From positions 1-30,924 of the forward strand of contig DASSYG010000365.1 of assembly GCA_035703405.1 (NCBI GenBank): DNA of 30,924 nt, read 5' to 3'. The stretch is from Acidimicrobiales bacterium. GTDB lineage: Bacteria > Actinomycetota > Acidimicrobiia > Acidimicrobiales > Iamiaceae. Below, piece by piece: positions 1 through 8,927 of the stretch. A program made the translations under genes and the position numbers. The stretch's first letter is position 1, and each line of letters begins with the position of its first letter. A model generated the notes under the pieces. That model did no database searches. It was not told the origin of the DNA and was given only the letters and a program-made list of their open reading frames with translations.

Positions 1-435
1 ATCCTGATCATCCACGGTGGGGCAGACGAGCAGATCCCGACCGTGTCGAGTCAACTATTGGCCGGGCAGTTGTGTGCGACGGGTCAGAATCTCGAGCGTT
101 GGATGTACCCCGGCCGGTCGCACTCCGGAGTAATCGGCCCATCGCTGAACAGCATGGTCGACTGGATGAGCGCCCGATTCGCCGGTGAGACCGCCCCCGA
201 TGCGGCTGCCCCCACCGGCCAGGACGACATCGACGACACGATCTGTGCGAACGGCACGATGGTCAGCCGCGCCGACTACGAAAAGCCGAATGGCAACGGC
301 AACGGCAACGGCCACAACGGTGACGGCACCGACAACGAACCGTCGTCGGGCAATGGCAATGGAAGCGGCAACGGAACAGGCACGACAGCACCGGTCGCCA
401 CGCCGGTGAGCGCTCGGCCGGCATTCACCGGCTGA
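1..435 (+). CDS. Alpha/beta hydrolase (secretory lipase-like), 5'-truncated by the window edge; Gly/Asn-rich linker and C-terminal PAFTG
   Basis: Frame 1 is open from base 1: ILIIHGGADEQIP...YPGRSHSGV, the typical acid (HGxxD) and His segments of a lipase/esterase C-terminal half. TGA at 433-435. Confidence 0.7.
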   Translation: MLIIHGGADEQIPTVSSQLLAGQLCATGQNLERWMYPGRSHSGVIGPSLNSMVDWMSARFAGETAPDAAAPTGQDDIDDTICANGTMVSRADYEKPNGNGNGNGHNGDGTDNEPSSGNGNGSGNGTGTTAPVATPVSARPAFTG

Positions 436-462
436 GTCGTCACCGGCTGAACCGTCACCGGC
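425..462 (+). repeat. Short tandem repeat with 15-bp period, core tcaccggc(tga), 3 copies
   Basis: tcaccggctga at 425-435 and 440-450; tcaccggc at 455-462. Confidence 0.7.
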
Positions 463-471
463 GCCACCGCA

Positions 472-1179
472 TCAGGCGTCCGGGCCGCTCAGCGTCGCCA
501 TGTCCTCGGCGAGCGTGGCCCGGACCCGCACACACAATGCCTCGTGGGCGAGCTGCTTGGAGCGCGCGTACGCGCCCGTCCGGTAGCCGGCCAGCACCGT
601 CGCGCGGTCCATGGCAGAGGTGATGACTTCGTCGGCCGGCACGACGGCGTCGAGGTAGCCGATCTGCGCGGCGCCTGTCGGGTCGAAGATCTCTGACGCG
701 AGCGTGGCCCGAGTGAACGCCGTCGGCAACAGCCGGTCGCGGGCGAACTCGATCACGAAGATCGGCAGCGGCATGCCGATCGCCACCTCGGTGAGTCCGA
801 TCTTGAAGGGTCCGTCTGCCCCGATGCGAATGTCGCTCGCCATGAGCAACAATGCTCCCATCGCCAAGGCGTGACCGGTGCAAGCAGACACGATCGGTAG
901 CGGGTGTTCGTACATGGTGCACAGCAGCTCGGCGCCGTCGCTGACCAGGGAGCGCATCGCGTCTTCCGACGAGGTCATCACCGACAGGTCGAACCCGGCA
1001 GAGAAACGACCGTCACGGCCCACCAGTACCACCGCACGCGCCTCGGAGGCGGCACGATCGAGGTATTCGTGGACGGCCTCGATGGTCGACGGGCCGATGA
1101 CGTTCGCCTTGCCGTCGTCGTGGGTGATGACCGCGATGTTGCCGTCGAGATGATAGGTGGGCACGGGGGCTTCGCTCAT
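472..1179 (-). CDS. Enoyl-CoA hydratase/isomerase (crotonase) family protein
   Basis: 235 aa; DDGKANV, FSAGFDL and ACTGHALAMG crotonase motifs. Confidence 0.9.
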   Translation of the reverse strand: MSEAPVPTYHLDGNIAVITHDDGKANVIGPSTIEAVHEYLDRAASEARAVVLVGRDGRFSAGFDLSVMTSSEDAMRSLVSDGAELLCTMYEHPLPIVSACTGHALAMGALLLMASDIRIGADGPFKIGLTEVAIGMPLPIFVIEFARDRLLPTAFTRATLASEIFDPTGAAQIGYLDAVVPADEVITSAMDRATVLAGYRTGAYARSKQLAHEALCVRVRATLAEDMATLSGPDA

Positions 1180-1241
1180 GGGAGGCGACGCTACCCGGGT
1201 CGTCGGGTGCCGCCCGCCACGCCGTGCCCCGGTGCGTCGGG

Positions 1242-2516
1242 TCAGAGCCCGATGTGACCCTGGGTCCGCAGGAAAGCGACCATCTCGGTGAAGCGGGTTC
1301 CGTGGTCGAGCCTGGTGGTCCAGTAATCCAGACCCGCCGGGTCGGCGGGGCGGTCGAGGATCGCGAGATACGCGCCCTGCACGAGCACGTCGTGGTGCGT
1401 GCGCGCCCGGTGTTCGGCGGATTCGGAGAACGCGTACAGCACCTGGCCGCGGGTCATCGACCCCTGATCGATCTGTTCGGTCCAGTAGCGAGCGCCGGCA
1501 GGGTCTGGTGGGCGACCGAGCACGTTCGCATAGAGCGCTTCGACGAGTCCCGCGGTGCCGCCGCGGTCATAGCGGGCATGGAATTCTTCGGAGGCGGCGA
1601 ACTGGGCCGCGACCGAGTGTGGTGACCCACCGCTCTGGAGGCGGGCGCTCCAGTAGAACATCTCGGAGACGTCGGGGCGCCGGTCGAAGGTGCTCTCGTA
1701 CAGCCGGATGACCATTGCCGGTGCGCGCTCGAATTCGGCGGAGGTGAGTAGCCGGGTGAGCAGACTGGTGCGGCCGAGGGTGCCCCGGTCCAGAGCGATG
1801 CCGGTGAGGTGCGCTTCGAGCGGCGATGGCCACCGTTGCAGCGTGCGCAGATACGCGGTGCCCACGTAGCGACTCGACGCGGGGCTGGCGGCGAGCACCG
1901 CTACGCCGTAGCGGTGGGCAACCTGTTGACGTTCGGAGCCGAGCGGCCACACCCGGTTCACACACGGCGCAGCGCCCTTGCTCTGTTGCATCATCACCGG
2001 CGCGGGTCGACCGGCGCCGGGGCATGCGACGTGGCCGAGGCCGAGAAAATGACCGACCTCGTGATTGACGACGTAGTCACGGTACGCGTCGAGACCGAGC
2101 GTCCAGGTCGGGGTGCCGTGCTTCCAACGTGCTTCGTTGATGTAGACGTTCGAGCCGACTCGGCAACTCCAGGTGCTACTGCACCCGGGTGTCGCGCCGA
2201 GCACGGCCGGATCGGTGATCAGCAGGTGCATCAACGCGTTCGAGGCGACCCGCGTGAACGTGATGCTGCCGCCCAACGACCACCCGTCGAGCGCCCTCAG
2301 CGTGCGGGCCGCACGGGACGCGAACGCTTCGACGCTCGTGCTGGTGTGGCCCGCGCTGCCGACCGAATAGGAGATGACCACTGACCGCTTCGATGCCGCG
2401 GCCGCCGCCGGTGCAGCATGCGCCGCCGGTGGGGCCGAAACGGCTGAACCCACCACGACGGCCAGCGCCAGCGCGACGGCGCAGGACTGGTGACGGAGCT
2501 GGCGCGGCGACTTCAT
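1242..2516 (-). CDS. Secreted DUF3152-like zinc metallopeptidase fused to a DUF4214-like surface domain
   Basis: Signal-peptide-like N-terminus; NHEVGHFLGLGH (HExxHxxGxxH) and PVMMQQ; C-terminal LYxxxLGRxPDxxGxxYW repeats and FxxSxEF, typical of DUF4214. Confidence 0.8.
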   Translation of the reverse strand: MKSPRQLRHQSCAVALALAVVVGSAVSAPPAAHAAPAAAAASKRSVVISYSVGSAGHTSTSVEAFASRAARTLRALDGWSLGGSITFTRVASNALMHLLITDPAVLGATPGCSSTWSCRVGSNVYINEARWKHGTPTWTLGLDAYRDYVVNHEVGHFLGLGHVACPGAGRPAPVMMQQSKGAAPCVNRVWPLGSERQQVAHRYGVAVLAASPASSRYVGTAYLRTLQRWPSPLEAHLTGIALDRGTLGRTSLLTRLLTSAEFERAPAMVIRLYESTFDRRPDVSEMFYWSARLQSGGSPHSVAAQFAASEEFHARYDRGGTAGLVEALYANVLGRPPDPAGARYWTEQIDQGSMTRGQVLYAFSESAEHRARTHHDVLVQGAYLAILDRPADPAGLDYWTTRLDHGTRFTEMVAFLRTQGHIGL

Positions 2517-2543
2517 GTGGACTCCCGGGACGTGCTGTGAACG

Positions 2544-3707
2544 TTACCTGCCCGCAGAGACGCCGTTGGTGCGTCGGGCCGCCGCCCGGTTGAGTTCGGT
2601 CGCGCCGACGGTGCCGGCGACCTGGCCGTCGTGACCGACGACGAGGATTTGGCCGACGGCGTTGCCGCGCAGCCGATCGACCAGGTCGAGGCTGGATTCG
2701 TCGACGCGGGCGACCGCGACGCGGTCGATGGGGAAGGCGAGCTGTCCGAGGGGAACGGTGGCCCGACTGCCCGCGTCGGTGTTGCGGATCTGCTCGGCGG
2801 TCAGCAGTCCGGTGATGCGTCCGTCGGGTGCCTGCGCGCAGAACGCCGGCGGGAACGGGTCCGGTGCCCCGACCGCGAGTGCCCGGTCGATGCTCAGGTT
2901 CGCGGGGAGGATGGGTGGCGAGGGGCGCATGATGTCTGCGGCGGTCGCCGCTGACAGCGCGGTCTCCGCGCCGGTACGTCGGAGATCGCTCAGCGCGACC
3001 GAGATGATCCACCAGCCGATGATCATCAGCCAGATGCCGTTGAACGACTCACTCGAGTTCATCGCCGCCAGGCCGTAGGCGACCCCGGCGCCGCCGAGTG
3101 CGACGCCGGCGTATGCGGACCACTTTCGAGCGGCGGTGCGGTTGCCGGTGACAGCCCAGACCCCGGCGCTGAACAGTTGGCCTCCGTCGAGCGGGGCGGC
3201 CGGCAGCAGGTTGAACGCCCCCAGCAGAAAGTTCACGAACGCCAACCAGCCGAGCACGACGGCGACCAACCCGGAGGTGCCGATGCCGACGGCGAACACG
3301 TCGGCGTCGCCTGCGACCCACAGGTGCGCGAGCCAGAAGATGCCACCGAGCGCCAGGTTCGAGACTGGGCCCACCGCCGCAATGATGAACTGCTGGCCGG
3401 GGGTGGTGGGTTCGCTTTCGAGTTCGGCGTAGCCGCCGAGCAGCCAGAGGGTGATGCCGCGCACGCCGATGCCTCGGCGTTGGGCCATGAGAGCGTGGCT
3501 CATCTCGTGGACGAGCAGGCTCAGAAAGAATCCGAGTGCGCCGACAATGCCGGCGATCCAGTATGCGGTGTCCGACAGGAAGTACGCCTCCCGCGGGAAC
3601 TGATACGTGGCGAGGATGTAGACGTAGAACCCGGCGATGAGCAGCACCGACCAGCTCAAGCCGACCCGGATGCCCCGGATGTGACCGAGTGGGATGTTGT
3701 TCTTCAC
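2544..3707 (-). CDS. Site-2 protease (M50) with C-terminal CBS-like domains, Rip3-like
   Basis: HEMSH zinc motif, FNLLPAAPLDGG motif, several TM helices, C-terminal ADIMRP...CBS-like region. Confidence 0.9.
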   Translation of the reverse strand: MKNNIPLGHIRGIRVGLSWSVLLIAGFYVYILATYQFPREAYFLSDTAYWIAGIVGALGFFLSLLVHEMSHALMAQRRGIGVRGITLWLLGGYAELESEPTTPGQQFIIAAVGPVSNLALGGIFWLAHLWVAGDADVFAVGIGTSGLVAVVLGWLAFVNFLLGAFNLLPAAPLDGGQLFSAGVWAVTGNRTAARKWSAYAGVALGGAGVAYGLAAMNSSESFNGIWLMIIGWWIISVALSDLRRTGAETALSAATAADIMRPSPPILPANLSIDRALAVGAPDPFPPAFCAQAPDGRITGLLTAEQIRNTDAGSRATVPLGQLAFPIDRVAVARVDESSLDLVDRLRGNAVGQILVVGHDGQVAGTVGATELNRAAARRTNGVSAGR

Positions 3708-3823
3708 CGTCGCGCTTCCATGAGCGGCTTCAGGCTACTGGTCGGCGCCCGGGACTGTCCGGGTCGGCCACGACCCGGCGTCTGTGGAATGTGTCTGCGG
3801 CTTGACGCGTGACCGGAGCAGTG

Positions 3824-3843
3824 ATGACTAGGATACGGGTCAT
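3824..3843 (+). promoter_or_regulatory. Candidate -10 box (TAGGAT, 3829-3834) for a leaderless TA transcript, flanked by an ATGAC/GTCAT inverted repeat (possible operator)
   Basis: TAGGAT ends 7 nt before ATG 3842; ATGAC at 3824-3828 and GTCAT at 3839-3843. Confidence 0.4.
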
Positions 3844-4114
3844 GGCCGACGTGCAGTCCCTGGCGCACATCAAAGCGCATCTCTCCGAAGTGGTGGACGG
3901 CATCGAGCAGCGGCACGAGCGGGTGGTGCTCACCCGGAACGGTCGCCCGGCCGCGGTTCTGTTGAGCCCGGATGATCTCGAGGCGTTGGAAGCAACCTTG
4001 GATCTGCTTTCTGACCCCGCGGCGCTGCGAGAGATCGACGAGGCGCGTGCTCAGATCGAGGCCGGTGACTTTCTGGACGCCGACACACTGCGCGAGAAGT
4101 ACCTCCGCCGTTGA
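3842..4114 (+). CDS. Type II antitoxin, Phd/YefM family (RelB/RelF-like)
   Basis: MADVQSLAHIKAHLSEVVD...VVLTRNGRPAAVLLS...LEATLDLLSDP. ATG 3842 preferred over the longer ORF start at 3809. Confidence 0.9.
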   Translation: MADVQSLAHIKAHLSEVVDGIEQRHERVVLTRNGRPAAVLLSPDDLEALEATLDLLSDPAALREIDEARAQIEAGDFLDADTLREKYLRR

Positions 4115-4386
4115 CCGAAGGCGAGTGGCAACTTGCGGTCGCGGCCGCGGCGGATCGCACGTTGCAGCGTCTGCCTGCGAAGGTCGCCGCGCCGGTTGTC
4201 GAGTTCATGGTTGGGCCGCTGTGTGCATCTCCGCAGCGTGTCGGTCATCCGTTGCGACGGGAAGTCACGGGTGCCTACTCGGCCCGTCGAGGTGCCTACC
4301 GAATCCTCTACGAGTTGGACGAGGAAACTCGGACCGTTCAGGTCTTGCGTATCGAGCACCGCGCAGACGTCTATCGGCCACGGTGA
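4111..4386 (+). CDS. relE: Type II toxin, RelE/ParE family
   Basis: 91 aa, 4-nt overlap with the antitoxin stop; GHPLR...YSARRGAYRILY...IEHRADVYR. Confidence 0.88.
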   Translation: MTEGEWQLAVAAAADRTLQRLPAKVAAPVVEFMVGPLCASPQRVGHPLRREVTGAYSARRGAYRILYELDEETRTVQVLRIEHRADVYRPR

Positions 4387-4419
4387 CCTCTTGGTCTGCC
4401 GGTACCGGGTTGGGGCTGT

Positions 4420-5166
4420 TCAGATCCGACCGGTGAAGTCCTGGCCGAACGGCGACCCTGCCGGGCCTGAGTCTGGTGACGCGTCTGCAGCAGGGCCGGC
4501 CCCAGCAGGCGGTGCCGGATCGGCGGAGGGACTCCGTTCCGCGAACGCCGCGATGTTCGATGCGTCCTGTTCGAGCCTGGCGAGGATCCGGTGCACCGCG
4601 CCCGGGGTGATCTCCAGCGCCCGGGCGAGCCGGTCGAGCATCGTGCGATTGGTCAGCGACAGGTCCCCGGTGGCCGTGGCGACATGCCCGATGTCGATCA
4701 CCAGGCGTTCCCTTGCGGTCGGCTCCATGTCGATCGTCAATTGGTGTGCTTCGTCTACGACATTGGAAACGTCCATGCTGCGCAGGTCGGCGTCGAGATC
4801 GGTCGTCGAGTAGTGGTGCATGCCCGCCCCCTGGATCACGGTGACGGCCACGCGCCGCGTCGGCTCGTCGTAGGGGTCGCCGTCGAGCACGGCCAGCACG
4901 GTCGCGGCACGGGTGAGGCGTTGGAGCCGGGTGGCGAGATCCGAGGTAGGAGGAGAGGTGAGCACGTGTTCGTCATAGACGCGGTGGCATCCCTGGCATA
5001 CGTACACCTCGGCGGTGATGTCCCGAGGAATGAGTGGGATCACGATGTGGTACCAGTTTCGGGATCGGCGATGGCGATAGACCCGCTCCGAGCCGCATCC
5101 GGGGCAGTAGAACGTGCCGGTCTCCCGGTCGTGCCAGCGTTCGAAGGTGCCCACCCTTGTGCTCAC
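4420..5166 (-). CDS. Zinc-ribbon plus TerB-like domain protein
   Basis: CPGC...IPLIP...CQGC zinc ribbon followed by a helical domain ending LARALEIT, resembling TerB. Confidence 0.7.
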   Translation of the reverse strand: MSTRVGTFERWHDRETGTFYCPGCGSERVYRHRRSRNWYHIVIPLIPRDITAEVYVCQGCHRVYDEHVLTSPPTSDLATRLQRLTRAATVLAVLDGDPYDEPTRRVAVTVIQGAGMHHYSTTDLDADLRSMDVSNVVDEAHQLTIDMEPTARERLVIDIGHVATATGDLSLTNRTMLDRLARALEITPGAVHRILARLEQDASNIAAFAERSPSADPAPPAGAGPAADASPDSGPAGSPFGQDFTGRI

Positions 5167-5256
5167 GGCACGTCACCGTATCTGGTCCGAGCGCCCCATG
5201 GGTCGCCGAGCGCACTGGTCGATCGTCGGCGATTGCACGGTAGGCTCGGTGCCGAC

Positions 5257-5913
5257 ATGACTACGACGTCGATCTCACCGGTGCTCACCGTGACCGAACG
5301 GGCGATCACCGACATCCGCAACCTGCTGGTCGCCGAAGACGACGCCGACGATCTCGCCCTCTGGGTGCAGATCACCGGCGCGAACGGCCCTGATTATGCC
5401 TATGACCTGGCCTTCGAGTCGCTCGATGACGTGGCCGAAGGCGACGCGGTCAGCGACCACGACGGGCTCCGGGTGGTGATCCCGGCCGCGTCGATCGACG
5501 CGTTGCGGGGCGCGACGCTCGATCTGCCCGACGATGCGGACCAGGGCGGCCTGGTGTTGCGCAACCCCAACAAACCCGACCCGCTCGAAGGGATCGACCT
5601 GACCACGGGTGGGGACCTGGCCGAGCAGGTCACGATGGTCATCGACAAGATCGTCAACCCGATGCTCGCTCAGCACGGCGGATTCGCCCAGCTCGCCGGG
5701 GTGCAGGACACCAAGGTGTTCGTGTTGATGGGCGGCGGCTGTCACGGCTGCTCGATCAGTTGGCTGACGCTCAAGAGCGGCATCACCAAGACGATCATGG
5801 AATCGGTACCCGACGTGACTGAGGTCGTGGACGTGACCGATCACGCCACCGGTGAGAACCCGTATTTCACCTCGACCGACGGTGCCTCTTCGGTCGCGTC
5901 GTCCAGCACCTGA
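5257..5913 (+). CDS. nfuA: Fe-S cluster biogenesis protein NfuA (A-type-like N-domain plus NifU C-domain)
   Basis: From ATG 5257: VTERAI...YAYDLAF...VNPMLAQHGG...MGGGCHGC...VDVTDHATGENPYF. The upstream part of the ORF-track call 4591..5913 overlaps the opposite-strand gene. Confidence 0.88.
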   Translation: MTTTSISPVLTVTERAITDIRNLLVAEDDADDLALWVQITGANGPDYAYDLAFESLDDVAEGDAVSDHDGLRVVIPAASIDALRGATLDLPDDADQGGLVLRNPNKPDPLEGIDLTTGGDLAEQVTMVIDKIVNPMLAQHGGFAQLAGVQDTKVFVLMGGGCHGCSISWLTLKSGITKTIMESVPDVTEVVDVTDHATGENPYFTSTDGASSVASSST

Positions 5914-5949
5914 GCCACCGCCGAAGCGGCGAATCGACCATCGGGCGCT

Positions 5950-7842
5950 TCAGTCCAGTCGAGCGGTGACCGCGTCGACGATGCCGTTGGCGTCGAGTCC
6001 GGCGTCGGCGAGCAACTCTTCGGGGTTGCCGTGGGTGACGAACTCGCGGGGCAGCCCCAGGTTGATCACCCAGGGAGGGTGCGCGGCGCCGTCTCGGGCA
6101 GCCACCGCGACGATGCGCGCGCCCATCGTCGCGCCGACGCCACCTTCGACGAGGCCGTCTTCGATGGTCACCACGACATCGTGGTGCGCGGCGTTGGCGA
6201 TCAGCGCCGGGTCGGGCGGCTGCACGACCCGCGGATCCCACACGGTCACCGCGATGCCCGCTTCGGCGAGTCGATCCGCGGCGGCGACCGCTTCGTCGAG
6301 CAGTTTGCCGACACCGATCAGACAGACTCGGGCGGCTTCGTCCGCGCGCACGAGGCGCCCGGCGAATCCTGACCCGACGGCGTGTTCGTCGCCCATGACC
6401 GCCGGGGTGCGCGGGTAGCGGATCGTCACAGGGCCATCGGCTGATTCGACGGCGTCGTGCAGCATCTGCTGGAGCTCCTGGTACGACGAAGGCACGAGCA
6501 CGGTCATGCCGGGCACCTTCGACATCCACACCAGGTCGAACATGCCGTGGTGAGAGGCGCCGTCGGGCCCGGTCAGCCCGGCCCGGTCGATCGCGAAGAT
6601 CACCTTCTGGCCGTGCAACGCGACGTCGTAGATGCTCTGGTCGAGCGCCCGGGTGAGAAAGGTCGAGTACAGCGCGACGACGGGGCGCAGCCCGGCCATG
6701 GCCATGCCCGCAGCGGCGGTCACCGCATGTTGTTCGGCGATGCCGACGTCGATGAGTCGATCGGGAAAACGGTCACCGAAGGCGAGCAACCCGGTCGAGC
6801 CGGGCATCGCCGCGGTGATCGCCACGATCTCGGGGTGGGCGTCGGCCTCCTTGATGAGCGCCTCGGTGAACGCGCCGGTGTAGGAGGGCGGGCCGCCGGG
6901 CACATGTTGGGGGCCGATCTCGGGGTTGAACCGGGGCGCGTCGTGCAGACACTTCTCTTCGTCGTCTTCGGCGGGCGGGTAGCCACGCCCCTTCTGGGTC
7001 AGCACGTGCACCACGACCGGACCGTCGGGGTAGTCGGCCGCGTTGCGCAGCGCCTTCTCGAGGGATTCGACGTCGTGGCCGTCGAAGGGGCCGGCGTAAC
7101 GCACGCCGAGCGTTTCGAAGAACGCGGTGGGTTCGATCATGTCGCGCAGACCGGTGAGTGCGCCCTCGATGCCCCAGGCGAGATGGTCGCCCACGACGGG
7201 CACGTCTCGCACGATGCGCGACATCTTCGCCCGTTGCCGCAGATACGACGGGTGCATCCGCAGACGTGCCACGCCTTCGGAGATGCGCGACACGGTCGGG
7301 GCGTAGCTGCGGCCGTTGTCGTTGAACACGATGATGGCGCGGCGGCCCGAATGGCCGAGGTTGTTGAGGGCCTCGTACGCGAGCCCGCCGGTCATGGCGC
7401 CGTCGCCGAGCACGGTGACCACACGCCGGTCGTGCACGCCGAGGTGTTCGAACGCAGTGGCGATACCGAACGCGTAGCTCGCGCCGGTGGATGCGTGGGA
7501 GTTCTCGATCCAGTCGTGATCGGATTCGGCCCGACTCGGGTAGCCCGACATGCCGCCGGGCTGGCGCAGGTGCTCGAATCCATCCTGGCGACCGGTGAGG
7601 ATCTTGTGCACGTAGGCCTGGTGCCCGGTGTCGAACAGCAGGACGTCGTCGGGGGAGTGGAACACCCGGTGCAGGGCGAGGGTCAGCTCTACGGCGCCGA
7701 GGTTGGAGCCCAGGTGGCCGCCGTTTGCGGCGACCGAGGTGACGATGAAATGCCGGATCTCCGCGGCCAGCGCGTCGAGCTCGGCATAGTCGAGCCGCCG
7801 CAGATCGCGGGGAGAGTTGATGCTGGAAAGATACTCGGGCAC
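5950..7842 (-). CDS. dxs: 1-deoxy-D-xylulose-5-phosphate synthase
   Basis: 630 aa; GGHLGSNLGAVEL, DTGHQAYVHK, GDGAMTGG, DVGIAEQHAV, DGASHHG. Confidence 0.97.
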   Translation of the reverse strand: MPEYLSSINSPRDLRRLDYAELDALAAEIRHFIVTSVAANGGHLGSNLGAVELTLALHRVFHSPDDVLLFDTGHQAYVHKILTGRQDGFEHLRQPGGMSGYPSRAESDHDWIENSHASTGASYAFGIATAFEHLGVHDRRVVTVLGDGAMTGGLAYEALNNLGHSGRRAIIVFNDNGRSYAPTVSRISEGVARLRMHPSYLRQRAKMSRIVRDVPVVGDHLAWGIEGALTGLRDMIEPTAFFETLGVRYAGPFDGHDVESLEKALRNAADYPDGPVVVHVLTQKGRGYPPAEDDEEKCLHDAPRFNPEIGPQHVPGGPPSYTGAFTEALIKEADAHPEIVAITAAMPGSTGLLAFGDRFPDRLIDVGIAEQHAVTAAAGMAMAGLRPVVALYSTFLTRALDQSIYDVALHGQKVIFAIDRAGLTGPDGASHHGMFDLVWMSKVPGMTVLVPSSYQELQQMLHDAVESADGPVTIRYPRTPAVMGDEHAVGSGFAGRLVRADEAARVCLIGVGKLLDEAVAAADRLAEAGIAVTVWDPRVVQPPDPALIANAAHHDVVVTIEDGLVEGGVGATMGARIVAVAARDGAAHPPWVINLGLPREFVTHGNPEELLADAGLDANGIVDAVTARLD

Positions 7843-8186
7843 TTCGATCGCCTCGAAAGGGTGGCTTCACGGCACGCCCGGGAAGGCGGAGCTGCCGACG
7901 ATCCAGGTTACTCCGCGAGCCGCCGCTCCGTCGCGCCGGGGCGCACGGTTGGCCGATGCCGGCGCGTGTGGCGAGAACGCGAAGAGACTGTTCGCCCGTG
8001 GATTATCTGACGGCGGCAGCGCGAAAACCGTGAGGTGCTCGAAAGCAAGCGTGGTCGACAAACATTTCGAGGTCTGCATCCGTGTGCTTGACACGAGGGG
8101 TAATCTCATTGGTGACGGCTTCTATCGTATGGGGATTGTCGTGTCGGCGGGGGGCTGACGTGGCGCTTCGTGAGGAGATTCAGGCA

Positions 8187-8927
8187 ATGGCGGGTGCGCG
8201 GGTTGGGGTGGTGTTGGTTTCGTTGGTGGTTGTCGGAGCGGGCGTGTTGGTGCCCGCGGGCACGTCGTTTGGTTCGGGGCCGTCGTCGGTGTCTGGGTCG
8301 GGTTCTTCGACGTCGGCTCCGGGTACGACTACGTCGAGTTCGATTGCGGGAAGCGGTTCTGTGGCGTCGGGTTCGTCGTCGAGTGTGCCCGAGGCGTCGG
8401 TGCCTGTGCCGGGTACGGCTCCTGGCCCGGAGGTGAATTCGGGTGTCCAGGGGTCGGACGATGAGCCTTTCAGGGTTGATCGGTGGGGGGTGCCGTCGTC
8501 GTCGGGTCTTCTGTCCGGGGTTTCGACTGGCGGGAGTGCTGGTCCTGGGTTGCTATCGGTGTCTGGGGATCATGCAGTTGAGTATGCGGATGCGGTGATC
8601 GGGACCTCAGGATTGGCTGGGTACTGGCGGTTGCATGGGGTGTCTGATGTCGCGGATCGGTCGTCTGGTGGTCACGATGGGGTGATCACTGCGCTTGATC
8701 CGACGCCGGAAGATAATGTGCCGGTGGATCCGGCGGACATATTTTCGACGGCGGTTGGTGGTGGGGTGTGGCCGGGCTCGGATGCATTGAAGCTGGACCG
8801 TGTTGAGCAGATTGCGGGTGGGGTCGCGGTTGGTTCTGATTGGTTCGATCAGACTGTCTGGTCGGCGGAGGGTTGGGTGAAAGACACTCAAGAGGATCAA
8901 TTGGGTGTCGGTGTTTTCGATCAGTAG
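8187..8927 (+). CDS. RHS toxin segment 1: signal peptide, Ser/Gly/Pro linker, start of LamG domain
   Basis: MAGARVGVVLVSLVVVGAGVLVPA hydrophobic leader; YADAVIGTSGLAGYWRL opens a LamG-like domain. Confidence 0.7.
   Translation: MAGARVGVVLVSLVVVGAGVLVPAGTSFGSGPSSVSGSGSSTSAPGTTTSSSIAGSGSVASGSSSSVPEASVPVPGTAPGPEVNSGVQGSDDEPFRVDRWGVPSSSGLLSGVSTGGSAGPGLLSVSGDHAVEYADAVIGTSGLAGYWRLHGVSDVADRSSGGHDGVITALDPTPEDNVPVDPADIFSTAVGGGVWPGSDALKLDRVEQIAGGVAVGSDWFDQTVWSAEGWVKDTQEDQLGVGVFDQ

Noticed and set aside
4591-5256. N-terminal extension of NfuA in the ORF track
   Set aside because: It overlaps the TerB-like gene on the other strand; NfuA similarity starts at ATG 5257.
6457-8010. 517-aa plus-strand ORF, and similar long antisense ORFs such as 19646..20893, 14391..15416 and 11283..12431
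   Set aside because: Shadow frames opposite well-supported genes, expected at high GC; no recognisable motifs.
8088-8130. TTGACA as the -35 box of the RHS promoter
   Set aside because: No TANNNT at 16-18 nt spacing.
7843-8186. Riboswitch or other ncRNA upstream of the RHS gene
   Set aside because: No match by eye to c-di-GMP, c-di-AMP, SAM or TPP consensus; an Infernal search would be needed to exclude it.
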